The position numbers and the translations under genes were made by a program. 21,078 bases of DNA, taken from the UHGV virus genome UHGV-0370164; one strand, given 5' to 3'. The stretch's first letter is position 1; the number at the start of each line of letters is the position of its first letter. This document shows, piece by piece, positions 6,183-14,849 of the stretch. The notes under the pieces were generated by a model, which had not been told where the DNA came from, did no database searches, and saw nothing but the letters and a program-made list of their open reading frames with translations. This DNA comes from a virus.

Positions 6183-9019
6183 GTGCGTTTGCATGGAGCT
6201 GGAATGAACCACGGCCAGCCATTGATCCGGCCAGATTTACGGAGCGCAGGCAGGAAACTGAAACCGACCTGCAACGCGCCATCCGTTACTACCTTGAGGC
6301 AAACAAAAGGGCACAGGAAGAACAGGAAGCGAAGGAAGAAGCCTTTTTCGCACAATCCACCGTGGGTAAAAAACTCATGGCATCCCTTGAGGAAGCCGGA
6401 CAGCGTGAAAAGCTGGCACAAAGCATCATCAGCAAGCGTCAGGCAACAGAACAAGACCCGGTGGCCCGTGCTTTTGCCACACTGAAGGTGCTTCCCGTTT
6501 ATCTGCGTGAACCTCTGAGCCGCCACCTCTCTTTTCTGCGCAAGAAGCAGGAAGCCGATCGTCAGAAAGGCAAAAAGAGCTGGCAGGCTGAACGCTACGC
6601 GCGCGGAACCCTGCGCAAAATATTCGAACGTCTGGACCGCACCGACAGCCGCTGGCTGACACCGGGCTATCGCTCCCTTGCCGGACGCGAACGCCTGGAC
6701 GATTTGCTTTACCTGCCGCAGCTCAACAAACACCAGATACAGACGCTGGCCACCATGACGGCGGCGATGTTCAGTGGCACTTTTGAAAAACTCTGCGATG
6801 GCTTTGGCGCGACCGATGGCGAGCTGACCATGGATGTAACGCTGAAGGCGTATCAGATGCTGGCCCGCATGGCGTTACACCTGCACGCTATGCCTCCACA
6901 TTATGACGCTCTGACAACAGACAAAGACCGGAGGAATGAACCGGACACGGAGCTGCTGCCGGGCGCAATCCTTCGCCTGACCTGTGCGGAATGGTGGAAA
7001 CGCAAACTGTGGCTGTTACGTTGCGAGTGGAGAGAAGAACAACTCCGCGCCGCCTGTCTGGTTTCCAGAAAAACATCACCCTATCTGAGCCAGGACGCGT
7101 TAAGCGAGTTTCGCGCACAGCGCGAGAAAACACGCGATTTCCTGAAAAGTTTCATGCTGGAAAACGAAGACGGGTTCACGATTGATCTCGAGACAGTGTA
7201 TTACGCGGGAGTAAGTAACCCGATTCACCGTAAGGCAGAAATGATGGCCACCATGAAGGGGCTGGAACTTCTGGCCGAAGCCCGTGGCGACAGAGCGGTG
7301 TTTCTGACTGTCACCTGCCCGTCAAAATACCACGCCACAACAGAGAACGGTCATCCGAATCCCAAATGGAACGGGGCCACCATGCGCGACTCCAGCGATT
7401 ACCTGGTTAACACGTTTTTTGCGGCGGTCCGCAAGAAACTGAACCGCGACGGCCTGCGCTGGTATGGCATCCGCACGGTGGAGCCTCACCATGACGGCAC
7501 CGTGCACTGGCATATGATGGTCTTTGCTCATCCGGAAGAAATCGACACCATTGTGTCCCACACCCGCGATATTGCCATTCAGGAAGACCGCCACGAGCTG
7601 GGCAATGATATTACTCCGCGCTTTAAGGTGGAGTATGTCGACGGCTCAAAAGGCACGCCAACCAGCTACATCGCCACCTACATCGGAAAGAACCTGGACA
7701 GCCGCGCCGTGGATGGCATCGACCCGAAAACGGGCAAGCCACGCGTTGACCACGAAACCGGAAAATCAATGGCCGAGAGCGTGGAACGCGCCATCGGCTG
7801 GGCACGCCTTCACCGGGTCCGCCAGTTCCAGTTCTTTGGCATCCCCTCCCGTCAGGTATGGCGTGAACTCCGCCGCCTTGCCAGCCAGATGGCACGCAAC
7901 CCGGAAGGCCCACAACGGCTGAAGGATGATGCAATGGATGCGGTACTCGCTGCCGCTGATGCCGGATGTTTTGCCACCTACATTGAAAAACAGGGTGGCG
8001 TACTTGTTCCGCGCAAGGACTACCTGATTCGCACAGCCTACGACCTCGCAGATGAGCTGAACGATTACGGCGAACAGAGTGTACAGATTTACGGGATCTG
8101 GTCGCCATTCATCGGGGAATCCTCCCGTGTGTGCACGCATCCGGATAACTGGAAGCTGGTAAGACGTAAACCGGAAGCGGAAGACAGCGCCCGCGAAAAT
8201 GGTTTTGACCTTCAGGGCGGCCCTGCCGCCCCTTGGACTCGTGGCAATAACTGTCCCCGTGTACAGGAAACAGGCAACAACGGGACAGAACAGCCGGAAG
8301 AACGGCCAGCACCGTGGCCGCAGCTTCCTGACGGCGTTGAAGTAAATGAATGGATGCGCTCACTGAAACGGCACGAACGCCGGGCGCTGATGCGTTCGCT
8401 TCGTGACAAACAGGCAAAAAACAGCAGCGATGAAATGCAGAACTGGACACAGAGCCGCAAACAGCAGCGGCCTTTGCCTGATAACCACGAGTTACTCGCT
8501 AAAGAATGGCGGGAGTCTGCTGAATCTCTCGGCCTGCATATCGGTGAACAACAGATGCAGCACCTGTTACGGGGCGGCAGTCTGTACGTTGACGGCAGCA
8601 TCATTGCACCGCAGGGATTTGAAATTGTACGCAAACCGGATACCCGCCCGGACAGCCGAATCACGCAGCTCTGGCAGCGTCTGAGCCGTAATCATGGCGT
8701 AAGCAGCACGGAGATCCGCCATAACCCGGTCGCCAGCTATCTGGCACAGCTGGGGGCATCAGACCCTGAAGCCGCCGCACGCCTGGCATCCACACTTCAG
8801 CAGGACCAGAACACCATGAAAACACCCGTTACCGTGCTTTCTGACATGCTGCGCGCCATCCGCGACGCAGAGCACGCACAGAGAATCAGTGAAACCACTG
8901 AACGCGCCAGCCGCAAAGCAGACCTGCTGCGGGGTGGCCTGACCAGTGGAAACAAAAAACAGACAGAAACGGGACTCACGAATCCCGTAAATGAGCAAAA
9001 AACGCGCAGCGATATATGA
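6179..9019 (+). CDS. Rolling-circle replication initiator, P2 gpA-like
   Basis: 946 aa from the ATG at 6179; HUH-type motif (GTVHWHMMVF) and paired tyrosines (TSYIATYIGKN) typical of the gpA family; Q/R-rich C-terminal tail. Confidence 0.85.
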   Translation: MSAFAWSWNEPRPAIDPARFTERRQETETDLQRAIRYYLEANKRAQEEQEAKEEAFFAQSTVGKKLMASLEEAGQREKLAQSIISKRQATEQDPVARAFATLKVLPVYLREPLSRHLSFLRKKQEADRQKGKKSWQAERYARGTLRKIFERLDRTDSRWLTPGYRSLAGRERLDDLLYLPQLNKHQIQTLATMTAAMFSGTFEKLCDGFGATDGELTMDVTLKAYQMLARMALHLHAMPPHYDALTTDKDRRNEPDTELLPGAILRLTCAEWWKRKLWLLRCEWREEQLRAACLVSRKTSPYLSQDALSEFRAQREKTRDFLKSFMLENEDGFTIDLETVYYAGVSNPIHRKAEMMATMKGLELLAEARGDRAVFLTVTCPSKYHATTENGHPNPKWNGATMRDSSDYLVNTFFAAVRKKLNRDGLRWYGIRTVEPHHDGTVHWHMMVFAHPEEIDTIVSHTRDIAIQEDRHELGNDITPRFKVEYVDGSKGTPTSYIATYIGKNLDSRAVDGIDPKTGKPRVDHETGKSMAESVERAIGWARLHRVRQFQFFGIPSRQVWRELRRLASQMARNPEGPQRLKDDAMDAVLAAADAGCFATYIEKQGGVLVPRKDYLIRTAYDLADELNDYGEQSVQIYGIWSPFIGESSRVCTHPDNWKLVRRKPEAEDSARENGFDLQGGPAAPWTRGNNCPRVQETGNNGTEQPEERPAPWPQLPDGVEVNEWMRSLKRHERRALMRSLRDKQAKNSSDEMQNWTQSRKQQRPLPDNHELLAKEWRESAESLGLHIGEQQMQHLLRGGSLYVDGSIIAPQGFEIVRKPDTRPDSRITQLWQRLSRNHGVSSTEIRHNPVASYLAQLGASDPEAAARLASTLQQDQNTMKTPVTVLSDMLRAIRDAEHAQRISETTERASRKADLLRGGLTSGNKKQTETGLTNPVNEQKTRSDI

Positions 9020-9061
9020 AGCGCGCACAAAACAGGCAAAAACGGGATTTCAGAATCCCGT
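8969..9061. promoter_or_regulatory. Paired 20-bp palindromes flanking the gpA stop; candidate parC-like centromere/operator
   Basis: ACGGGACT-CACG-AATCCCGT (8969-8988) and ACGGGATT-TCAG-AATCCCGT (9042-9061), 73 bp apart, each in a similar ~28-bp context, directly upstream of parM. Confidence 0.4.
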
Positions 9062-9095
9062 AAACGATTAATTAATCAACATAAGGAAAACCGAC

Positions 9096-10055
9096 ATGAA
9101 AATTTACATCGACGACGGCTCCACCAACATCAAGCTGGCATGGACTGAGAACGGCGAACGCCGCAACGCCATCAGCCCGAACAGCTTCAAGTCGGAATGG
9201 TCTGCGCCGTTCGGTGGCTCGCAGCCTGCTAACTACATGCTTGATGGCGTGCGCTATGGTTTTGATCCGGTCAGCGATCGCTTTGTCCAGACGACCGACA
9301 CGCAATACCAGTACAGCGATGTGAATGTCATTGCCATTCATCACGCGCTGGTCAAATCAGACATCACGCCACAGGAAGTGGATGTGGTTGTTACCCTGCC
9401 ACTGAGCGAATATTTCGACACAAACGCACAGCCGGACATGGCCAACATCAACCGCAAAAAAGCGAACGTCATGCGCCCGGTGGAGTACCAGAACGGCGAA
9501 GCATTCACTATCCGTAACGTACGGGTTATGCCTGAATCCATTCCGGCTGGCTTTAAAGCACTGGCTGACATGAGTCCGTTTGAATCCCTGCTGATTGTGG
9601 ATTTGGGCGGAACCACGCTGGATGTGGCAAAGGTTCAGGGGCAACTGGCAGGTATCAGCCAGGTGTTTTGCGATCCACACGTAGGCGTTTCTCTTATGGC
9701 CGATGCCGTACTGTCGGTGATGGCCACTAACGGTATGCGCACCAGTCACCACATCGCCAATACCATTATCGAACATCGCCATAATGAAGCCTGGCTGCGC
9801 CAGCACATCCACAATGACGCGCATTACGCCAGCCTGATGGCGGTTATTCGTGAAAAGGAAGAAACACTGAAACAACGCGTGATCCGCGCGCTGGCGGTTT
9901 TTTCGGGTTACGGGCGGGTGATGGTTGTCGGTGGCGGGGCGGAGATTGTGGCACCCGCTATCCGCGAAGCCTGCGGAGTTAATGCGACTTTCATCGCGGA
10001 CGGGGTGCCACAGTTTGCTCTGGTTAATGGGCTGTACGCAATGGACAAGGAGTAA
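9096..10055 (+). CDS. parM: ParM/StbA-family actin-like partition ATPase
   Basis: 319 aa; matches plasmid R1 ParM as recalled along its length (IDDGSTNIKL, ISPNSFK, YSDVNV, VMPESIPAG, DLGGTTLD, GVSL, GGGAE, LVNG); AAGGAAAA Shine-Dalgarno. Confidence 0.9.
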   Translation: MKIYIDDGSTNIKLAWTENGERRNAISPNSFKSEWSAPFGGSQPANYMLDGVRYGFDPVSDRFVQTTDTQYQYSDVNVIAIHHALVKSDITPQEVDVVVTLPLSEYFDTNAQPDMANINRKKANVMRPVEYQNGEAFTIRNVRVMPESIPAGFKALADMSPFESLLIVDLGGTTLDVAKVQGQLAGISQVFCDPHVGVSLMADAVLSVMATNGMRTSHHIANTIIEHRHNEAWLRQHIHNDAHYASLMAVIREKEETLKQRVIRALAVFSGYGRVMVVGGGAEIVAPAIREACGVNATFIADGVPQFALVNGLYAMDKE

Positions 10056-10059
10056 ACCA

Positions 10060-10371
10060 ATGACGACACCAACCAGACGGATAAGTTTCTATCTGAAGCC
10101 CGCCGCCGTCAAGAACGAAGGAGAAGCATGCGCCTGGCTGGACAGCCTTACACCAGAAGCCCGCAAAAGCGGCCAACGCGTGGCTTTTCTGGCCGGGCTG
10201 GCACTTCTGAAGACGAATCCGGCAGAGGCTTACCGACTGGCCGCATGGGCTGATGATGAGATGTTACCTGTGACACAAATCAGCTCAAAAAAGTTTGAAG
10301 CACAGTCTGCACCAGTGGCTAAGATAACCAGCCAGATGGCTGGGAATATCCGGGCGTTATTTCCTGAGTAA
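10060..10371 (+). CDS. parR: ParR-like partition adaptor/repressor
   Basis: 103 aa from the ATG 4 nt after the parM stop; N-terminal RRISFYLKP...AC.WLDSL...ER...LAGLAL and C-terminal IRALFPE resemble R1 ParR as recalled. Confidence 0.8.
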   Translation: MTTPTRRISFYLKPAAVKNEGEACAWLDSLTPEARKSGQRVAFLAGLALLKTNPAEAYRLAAWADDEMLPVTQISSKKFEAQSAPVAKITSQMAGNIRALFPE

Positions 10372-10499
10372 AAGCATCTGCGCGAAAAATGCTCACGTTT
10401 ATAGAGACAGTATCATTCCATTTGGCACACTTACTTCAATAATCGATCTGTTAAACAAATAGATTGTCTATTATCTATCGATTAAAACGATCAATTATC

Positions 10500-10527
10500 T
10501 TGACAGTAATGTGCCTTTTTGTAAGAT
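10500..10527 (+). promoter_or_regulatory. Near-consensus sigma70 promoter
   Basis: TTGACA (10500-10505), 16-nt spacer, TAAGAT (10522-10527); imperfect palindrome AATAGAT...ATCTAT just upstream. Confidence 0.45.
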
Positions 10528-10633
10528 CGTTCGCATTGTGAGCGACAAGATAATTGCGCGGCATTGTCCATGCAAAACGCCCCAATAGCAGCAACTATTG
10601 GGGCGTAAAACTCGGTCGGACTCACTTAACCTG

Positions 10634-10719
10634 ATATGCGTGCCTTCCGAAGTAAATCAAAATGTGCGTCGTATATTTTATTGCTTACACGCACCTCTGT
10701 AAAGGCACGCATATTTTTC
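10634..10719 (+). terminator. Large stem-loop with U5 tract in the leader (attenuator/terminator or small RNA 3' end)
   Basis: Perfect 13-bp inverted repeat ATATGCGTGCCTT (10634-10646) / AAGGCACGCATAT (10702-10714) enclosing an inner GTGCGT/ACGCAC hairpin, followed by TTTTT (10715-10719). A 12-bp-stem hairpin lies at 10577-10606. Confidence 0.4.
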
Positions 10720-10735
10720 CTATGAGGTAAATAAA

Positions 10736-11005
10736 GTGCGGGCTAAAACAGGTATTTGCAAGAACCCTCATCGTTATAATCCAACATTTCTGTCTCTCCC
10801 TGAATATCAAGGACAAGAAGGTCGGCACAAATGCGCTGCCTGTGCTTTTGAGCTAGGCATAAAAGATGCGCTTGAAGGACGCGCTATGGCTCAGAATGAT
10901 TTAGTTTTAGCTAACATTCCGTTTAGCCAGGCTGGAACTGTAAGGCACAGAGATGCCTATGAAGCATATGTTCGTGGTTGGCGATTAATAAACAGCAACA
11001 ATTGA
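10736..11005 (+). CDS. Small Cys/His-containing protein, unknown function
   Basis: 89 aa; GTG start with GAGG Shine-Dalgarno 8 nt upstream; CKNPH...HKCAAC suggests metal binding; followed by a terminator. Confidence 0.5.
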   Translation: MRAKTGICKNPHRYNPTFLSLPEYQGQEGRHKCAACAFELGIKDALEGRAMAQNDLVLANIPFSQAGTVRHRDAYEAYVRGWRLINSNN

Positions 11006-11014
11006 TACTTTTGA

Positions 11015-11037
11015 AGCGCCGATAAGGCGCTTTTTTT
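11015..11037 (+). terminator. Intrinsic terminator
   Basis: AGCGCC / GGCGCT stem with GATAA loop followed by TTTTTTT, 10 nt after the stop at 11005. Confidence 0.7.
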
Positions 11038-11490
11038 GTTTGCACGATAGTGCACAAGTTTGCACAATTTTTTTGAACGACTTTTTGTACTTCCGGCCCG
11101 CGTGGTGGCTGGATCCGTCAAGGATCCGTACGTGCACAAAAAAACGCGTTTTTTCTGCGCGCAGGTGACGGGGGAACAGCCCGCGTTTCAGGGGGTAAAT
11201 AGCATCCCCTGAACGATGTCGCAGCGACACAACAGAATGGCTGTATTTCTCACGCTGAGCGTGAAAAAGACGTGAGGGCTTTTGATTTGATGGGTGGCAG
11301 ATAAGGCCGTCAAAATCGCACTGAGGCGGCGAGAACATGCAGTCAACGCGGTGGGATTGCGTAAGAGTCTGACCGCCGATGATGACAATAAGCAGAAAAG
11401 CGTCGTGAAATTATCTGATTGATACAGGAGCTGGAGAGTCGGGGCATAAATTTTTTATGCCCCGGCGAAGCAGCAGACAAGCGAAGCGCG

Positions 11491-12537
11491 TCAGGATGTG
11501 GGCTGGGTATCTAGCAGTGCGTAAGGGTTAAAGCGGATCACCTCTTCGCCAAGCCAGTCATTGATGTGCTTCATGGCCTCCATGACGGGCATCAGCTCGT
11601 TAATTGCGTAAACCCGCGCGGCCTTCTCCACATCACCAAACGCACTTTTTTCGCCCGGCATCGCCCCCATCAGTTGCGGCGGAACGCGGTGCGCAGCCAG
11701 CACATCATCACGGGATGCCGCCTTAACATTCATGAACTCATCCTTTGCAGTGATCTGCTGGAACGGCAAAATTTGCACACCTTCTTTGCCCCCGTTGGGC
11801 GCATGGATGAGTACGTTTTTAAACGCACCACCACCACGCGCGCCCTGTAACGTTTCTTTCAGGGAGTCCATGCTTTCGCGGTTTACCTGCGCTGCACCGA
11901 TGTAGATGATGCACCCGGCGTGGGATCCGTTGTCGTAGTACAGTTTTCTGAACATGTCCGCCGAATGAGAAAGGCTGGCCGAGAGTAATGCGCCAAGATA
12001 TTCCGGCATGCCGTAGATTTCCTGGTTAATATCCGGATTCATCAGGTGGCACACTTTGCCAGGGCGAAACTGGAACGCGTCCTTGCCATCCTGCACATAC
12101 CACCATGATTCAAGATCGCTTCCGCGTCGCATGTATTTCGCCAGGGCGTGCCGTAATTTAAGCGGTTCGCCGAGCATATTGCTTCTAAGCTCAAGGAATG
12201 CGTTACCGAACACAAACCAGTCCAGCGCCAGCGCCGAGAAATCCTGCCGGGAAAGCAGCGGGTGCGGGATGTAGCAACCGAGTAATACATTGCGCTTAAA
12301 GTAAAGCGCAGACTGATGCCAGGACGTTTGCCGGGCTGCTCTTGCCAGACCGTACCAGTCCACCGGGGTTTCATACCACCGTCCGTTATCAGCACAGTAC
12401 ATATTGTCCAGCAGGTCATGCCCGGTCAGGCGATAAGGACCATCAAATGTGAATGCACTGAGCGATGATTCTTTCCTGAGCGCATCAGCGAGATCAATGC
12501 GTGAACTCATGCGCACTTTTTTATTTTTTCTGCTCAT
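11491..12537 (-). CDS. Portal protein, P2 gpQ-like
   Basis: 348 aa, right size for P2 Q; directly downstream of and overlapping the terminase gene on the same strand. Called from context and size. Confidence 0.85.
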   Translation of the reverse strand: MSRKNKKVRMSSRIDLADALRKESSLSAFTFDGPYRLTGHDLLDNMYCADNGRWYETPVDWYGLARAARQTSWHQSALYFKRNVLLGCYIPHPLLSRQDFSALALDWFVFGNAFLELRSNMLGEPLKLRHALAKYMRRGSDLESWWYVQDGKDAFQFRPGKVCHLMNPDINQEIYGMPEYLGALLSASLSHSADMFRKLYYDNGSHAGCIIYIGAAQVNRESMDSLKETLQGARGGGAFKNVLIHAPNGGKEGVQILPFQQITAKDEFMNVKAASRDDVLAAHRVPPQLMGAMPGEKSAFGDVEKAARVYAINELMPVMEAMKHINDWLGEEVIRFNPYALLDTQPTS

Positions 12538-14396
12538 CAGAACTCCATAACCGTGAAACGCTCGTTTTCTCCTTCGCCGCCAATCGGTTCGTTAATGACA
12601 GCAAGCATGGTTGCCCACGCAAGGTCGCCGTGGCTGATCCCCCTCGCGCGGTCCGTTTCGTAAGTGATAAAGCCGCCCGGTGTTTTCACCTTACGCACGG
12701 CGTTAAAGGCCGCGACCAGCTCGCGTTCGGCGCGATCGTATTCCCACCGCCCGGCACGCATTATTTGCAGCATTTTCAGTACCAGCGACCGTTTTGATGA
12801 CAGCGTGAAGGTGTACGGAATAGCAGCAGGGAAAAACCGTTTCACTATCTGATAAACAGCCTCCCCGTTCCCGCCCGTCACATCAATGCCGATGTGTTCC
12901 ACGTTGTAGCGATACGTGAACTCTTCAATGACTCTGGCCTGTTCTTCAAACTCCAGCCCCTGAACGCGTCGCGTCTCCACCGTTCGAAAACGGCCACCAA
13001 GAACAGCCGGAGGAACCACCACGGACACAGCGCCGCTGTCGCCGTTGCCACTACTGCCGTTTGCGTCATACCCAATCCATACCGGACGATTCCCCATCGG
13101 GCGGGGAGCAAAAGGTTTCCAGTCTTTCCAGTCGTCGTATCCGTCAACACCGCAGCCAATCAGGATATTCAGGTTAAATGCCGATTCCCCTTCGCGGACA
13201 AACTCACACATATAGAGATTGAGGAACTCGTCTTCGGTGTTTTCATCACGAATTTCGTCGATATCGGTGTGTTTCCAGCCGTGATTGACCACATCTTCCA
13301 GCGTGACAATTTGCCGCCACGTCCGGTCAGGGCAGATAAGCCCGTTATGCAGAGTTTTCCAGTCCACAGAAAAACGCTGGCGTTTATGCGTGGCCTTTTT
13401 CTCGTTCCAGCGGTCGCCGTTCCAGTAGGCGTATGCCTCGTGCGTTTCGGTGGATGGCGTGGAGAAGTAGGTGCGCCGCAGTCCGCTGAGGGTTGCCATA
13501 GCGCCAGCCACCTTGCGCAGTTCAGCAAAGCGACTGACCCAGAAAAATTCATCAAAATAAAAATTGCCCGTATAGGACTGTGCCGACGCAGCAGAAGTGC
13601 CGAGAAAATGCAGCTCTGCGCCGTTGGAGAGGATGATTTTATCGCCCCCTTTCAGCTCCACATCAACTTCAGCCGCGGCCTTCTGAATAATGCTTTTAAA
13701 CTGGAACGCCTGACGACGCGACGCAGACAAAAAAATCTGGTTACGCTGGTAAGGTTGCGCCACATCGTCACGCAGCGCCATCAGCAGAGCTTCCTGTGCA
13801 AAATACCAGGTCGCCCCAATCTGTCGGGATTTCAGGATCATCCTGTTACGTATCCCGGCTTCCCTGCAAAGGGTCAGGGAGTCAAACCAGCCCCGCTGAT
13901 GCCACTCCAGCCTGCTGATGATTTTTTCCCGCAGTGCGGCAATCTGTTCCGGCGTGAAATGATTTTTGAGTTTTTTCGCCCGGCCTTTCTTTCCTGTGAC
14001 CGTCGCATCCGGCTGGCCATCATGCAGTTTTTTAAGCTGCCGGGTCAGCAGGTCTATTTCCTTAAAGTCACCGCCTGTTTTATTCTGTTTTTCAGTAAGC
14101 TGGATGAGGCGCGCATCGATGGACTGCGTGACACGCTGCACGGGTGGCGTTTCATCCCACTGGTCGCGTTTTTTCCACGCATAAATCGTGTTCGGGTTTA
14201 TTCCCATCAGACGTGATATTTCTGCGGGCGGATAATCGAACCCACACAGAATATGGCCATCAGCGACATACAGGCGGCGCGCTGTGAGTCGTTCACCATC
14301 AGCGAAGGTGGGCGCAATGAGTAATTCACTGTTACCACCATCAGCCAGCAGTTTCATGCGTTGTGCCGAAGCTGTCGGAACGCGCATTACAGACAT
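12537..14396 (-). CDS. Terminase large (ATPase) subunit, P2 gpP-like
   Basis: Long minus-strand ORF with a deviant Walker A-like segment (ILKSRQIGATWYFAQEA). Start uncertain: GTG at 14432 or ATG at 14396/14387/14357, none with a good Shine-Dalgarno; all overlap the gpI start. Confidence 0.8.
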   Translation of the reverse strand: MSVMRVPTASAQRMKLLADGGNSELLIAPTFADGERLTARRLYVADGHILCGFDYPPAEISRLMGINPNTIYAWKKRDQWDETPPVQRVTQSIDARLIQLTEKQNKTGGDFKEIDLLTRQLKKLHDGQPDATVTGKKGRAKKLKNHFTPEQIAALREKIISRLEWHQRGWFDSLTLCREAGIRNRMILKSRQIGATWYFAQEALLMALRDDVAQPYQRNQIFLSASRRQAFQFKSIIQKAAAEVDVELKGGDKIILSNGAELHFLGTSAASAQSYTGNFYFDEFFWVSRFAELRKVAGAMATLSGLRRTYFSTPSTETHEAYAYWNGDRWNEKKATHKRQRFSVDWKTLHNGLICPDRTWRQIVTLEDVVNHGWKHTDIDEIRDENTEDEFLNLYMCEFVREGESAFNLNILIGCGVDGYDDWKDWKPFAPRPMGNRPVWIGYDANGSSGNGDSGAVSVVVPPAVLGGRFRTVETRRVQGLEFEEQARVIEEFTYRYNVEHIGIDVTGGNGEAVYQIVKRFFPAAIPYTFTLSSKRSLVLKMLQIMRAGRWEYDRAERELVAAFNAVRKVKTPGGFITYETDRARGISHGDLAWATMLAVINEPIGGEGENERFTVMEF

Positions 14397-14847
14397 CCCG
14401 GTAGACCTCAACACGCTGTGGTCGCCGGACACCTGCCCGGTGCACCTGCTGCCTTATCTCGCCTGGGCATTTTCCGTTGACCGCTGGGATCGCAACTGGC
14501 CGGAAGAGACAAAACGACAGGTGATTCGTGATGCATGGCTGATACACCGACACAAAGGGACCATCAGCGCACTGCGCAGGGCCATTGAGCCGCTGGGATA
14601 CCTCATTCGCGTGTCTGAGTGGTGGGAGTTCGGCGGAGAACCGGGAACATTTACCGTTGAAGTCGGCACACTGGACAGTGGCGTGACGGAGGAAATGTAT
14701 CTGGAAATGGAGCGGTTGATTGCTGATGCCCGTCCGGTCAGCCGCCACATGACAGGGCTGAATATCATTCAGGAAATTCCGGGGGATATTTTTGCAGCGG
14801 CGGCAACTCATGACGGTGAAGTTATTACCATTTATCCGGACGATTAA
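14317..14847 (+). CDS. Baseplate assembly protein, P2 gpI-like
   Basis: 176 aa from the ATG at 14317 (AAGGTGG Shine-Dalgarno); [44 protein letters not shown] match P2 gpI as recalled. Confidence 0.85.
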   Translation: MSNSLLPPSASSFMRCAEAVGTRITDIPVDLNTLWSPDTCPVHLLPYLAWAFSVDRWDRNWPEETKRQVIRDAWLIHRHKGTISALRRAIEPLGYLIRVSEWWEFGGEPGTFTVEVGTLDSGVTEEMYLEMERLIADARPVSRHMTGLNIIQEIPGDIFAAAATHDGEVITIYPDD

Positions 14848-14849
14848 GC

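Noticed and set aside
6032-6733. 233-aa minus-strand ORF, plus other internal ORFs 6183..8664
   Set aside because: All inside the gpA gene in alternative frames or antisense; no ribosome-binding sites; gpA frame carries the HUH and tyrosine motifs.
9341-9875. Minus-strand ORFs of 91 and 172 aa
   Set aside because: Antisense to parM, whose plus-strand frame matches ParM along its full length.
11300-11490. P2-type 19-nt cohesive-end (cos) sequence
   Set aside because: Only weak resemblance (GGCGGCGAGAACATGC near 11328-11343) to the P2 cos end as I recall it; not enough to call without an alignment.
12894-14216. 440-aa plus-strand ORF
   Set aside because: Lies entirely antisense to the terminase gene, whose minus-strand frame has the ATPase motif and the expected gene order. 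Low-complexity Arg/Pro-rich translation typical of a shadow ORF in GC-rich DNA.
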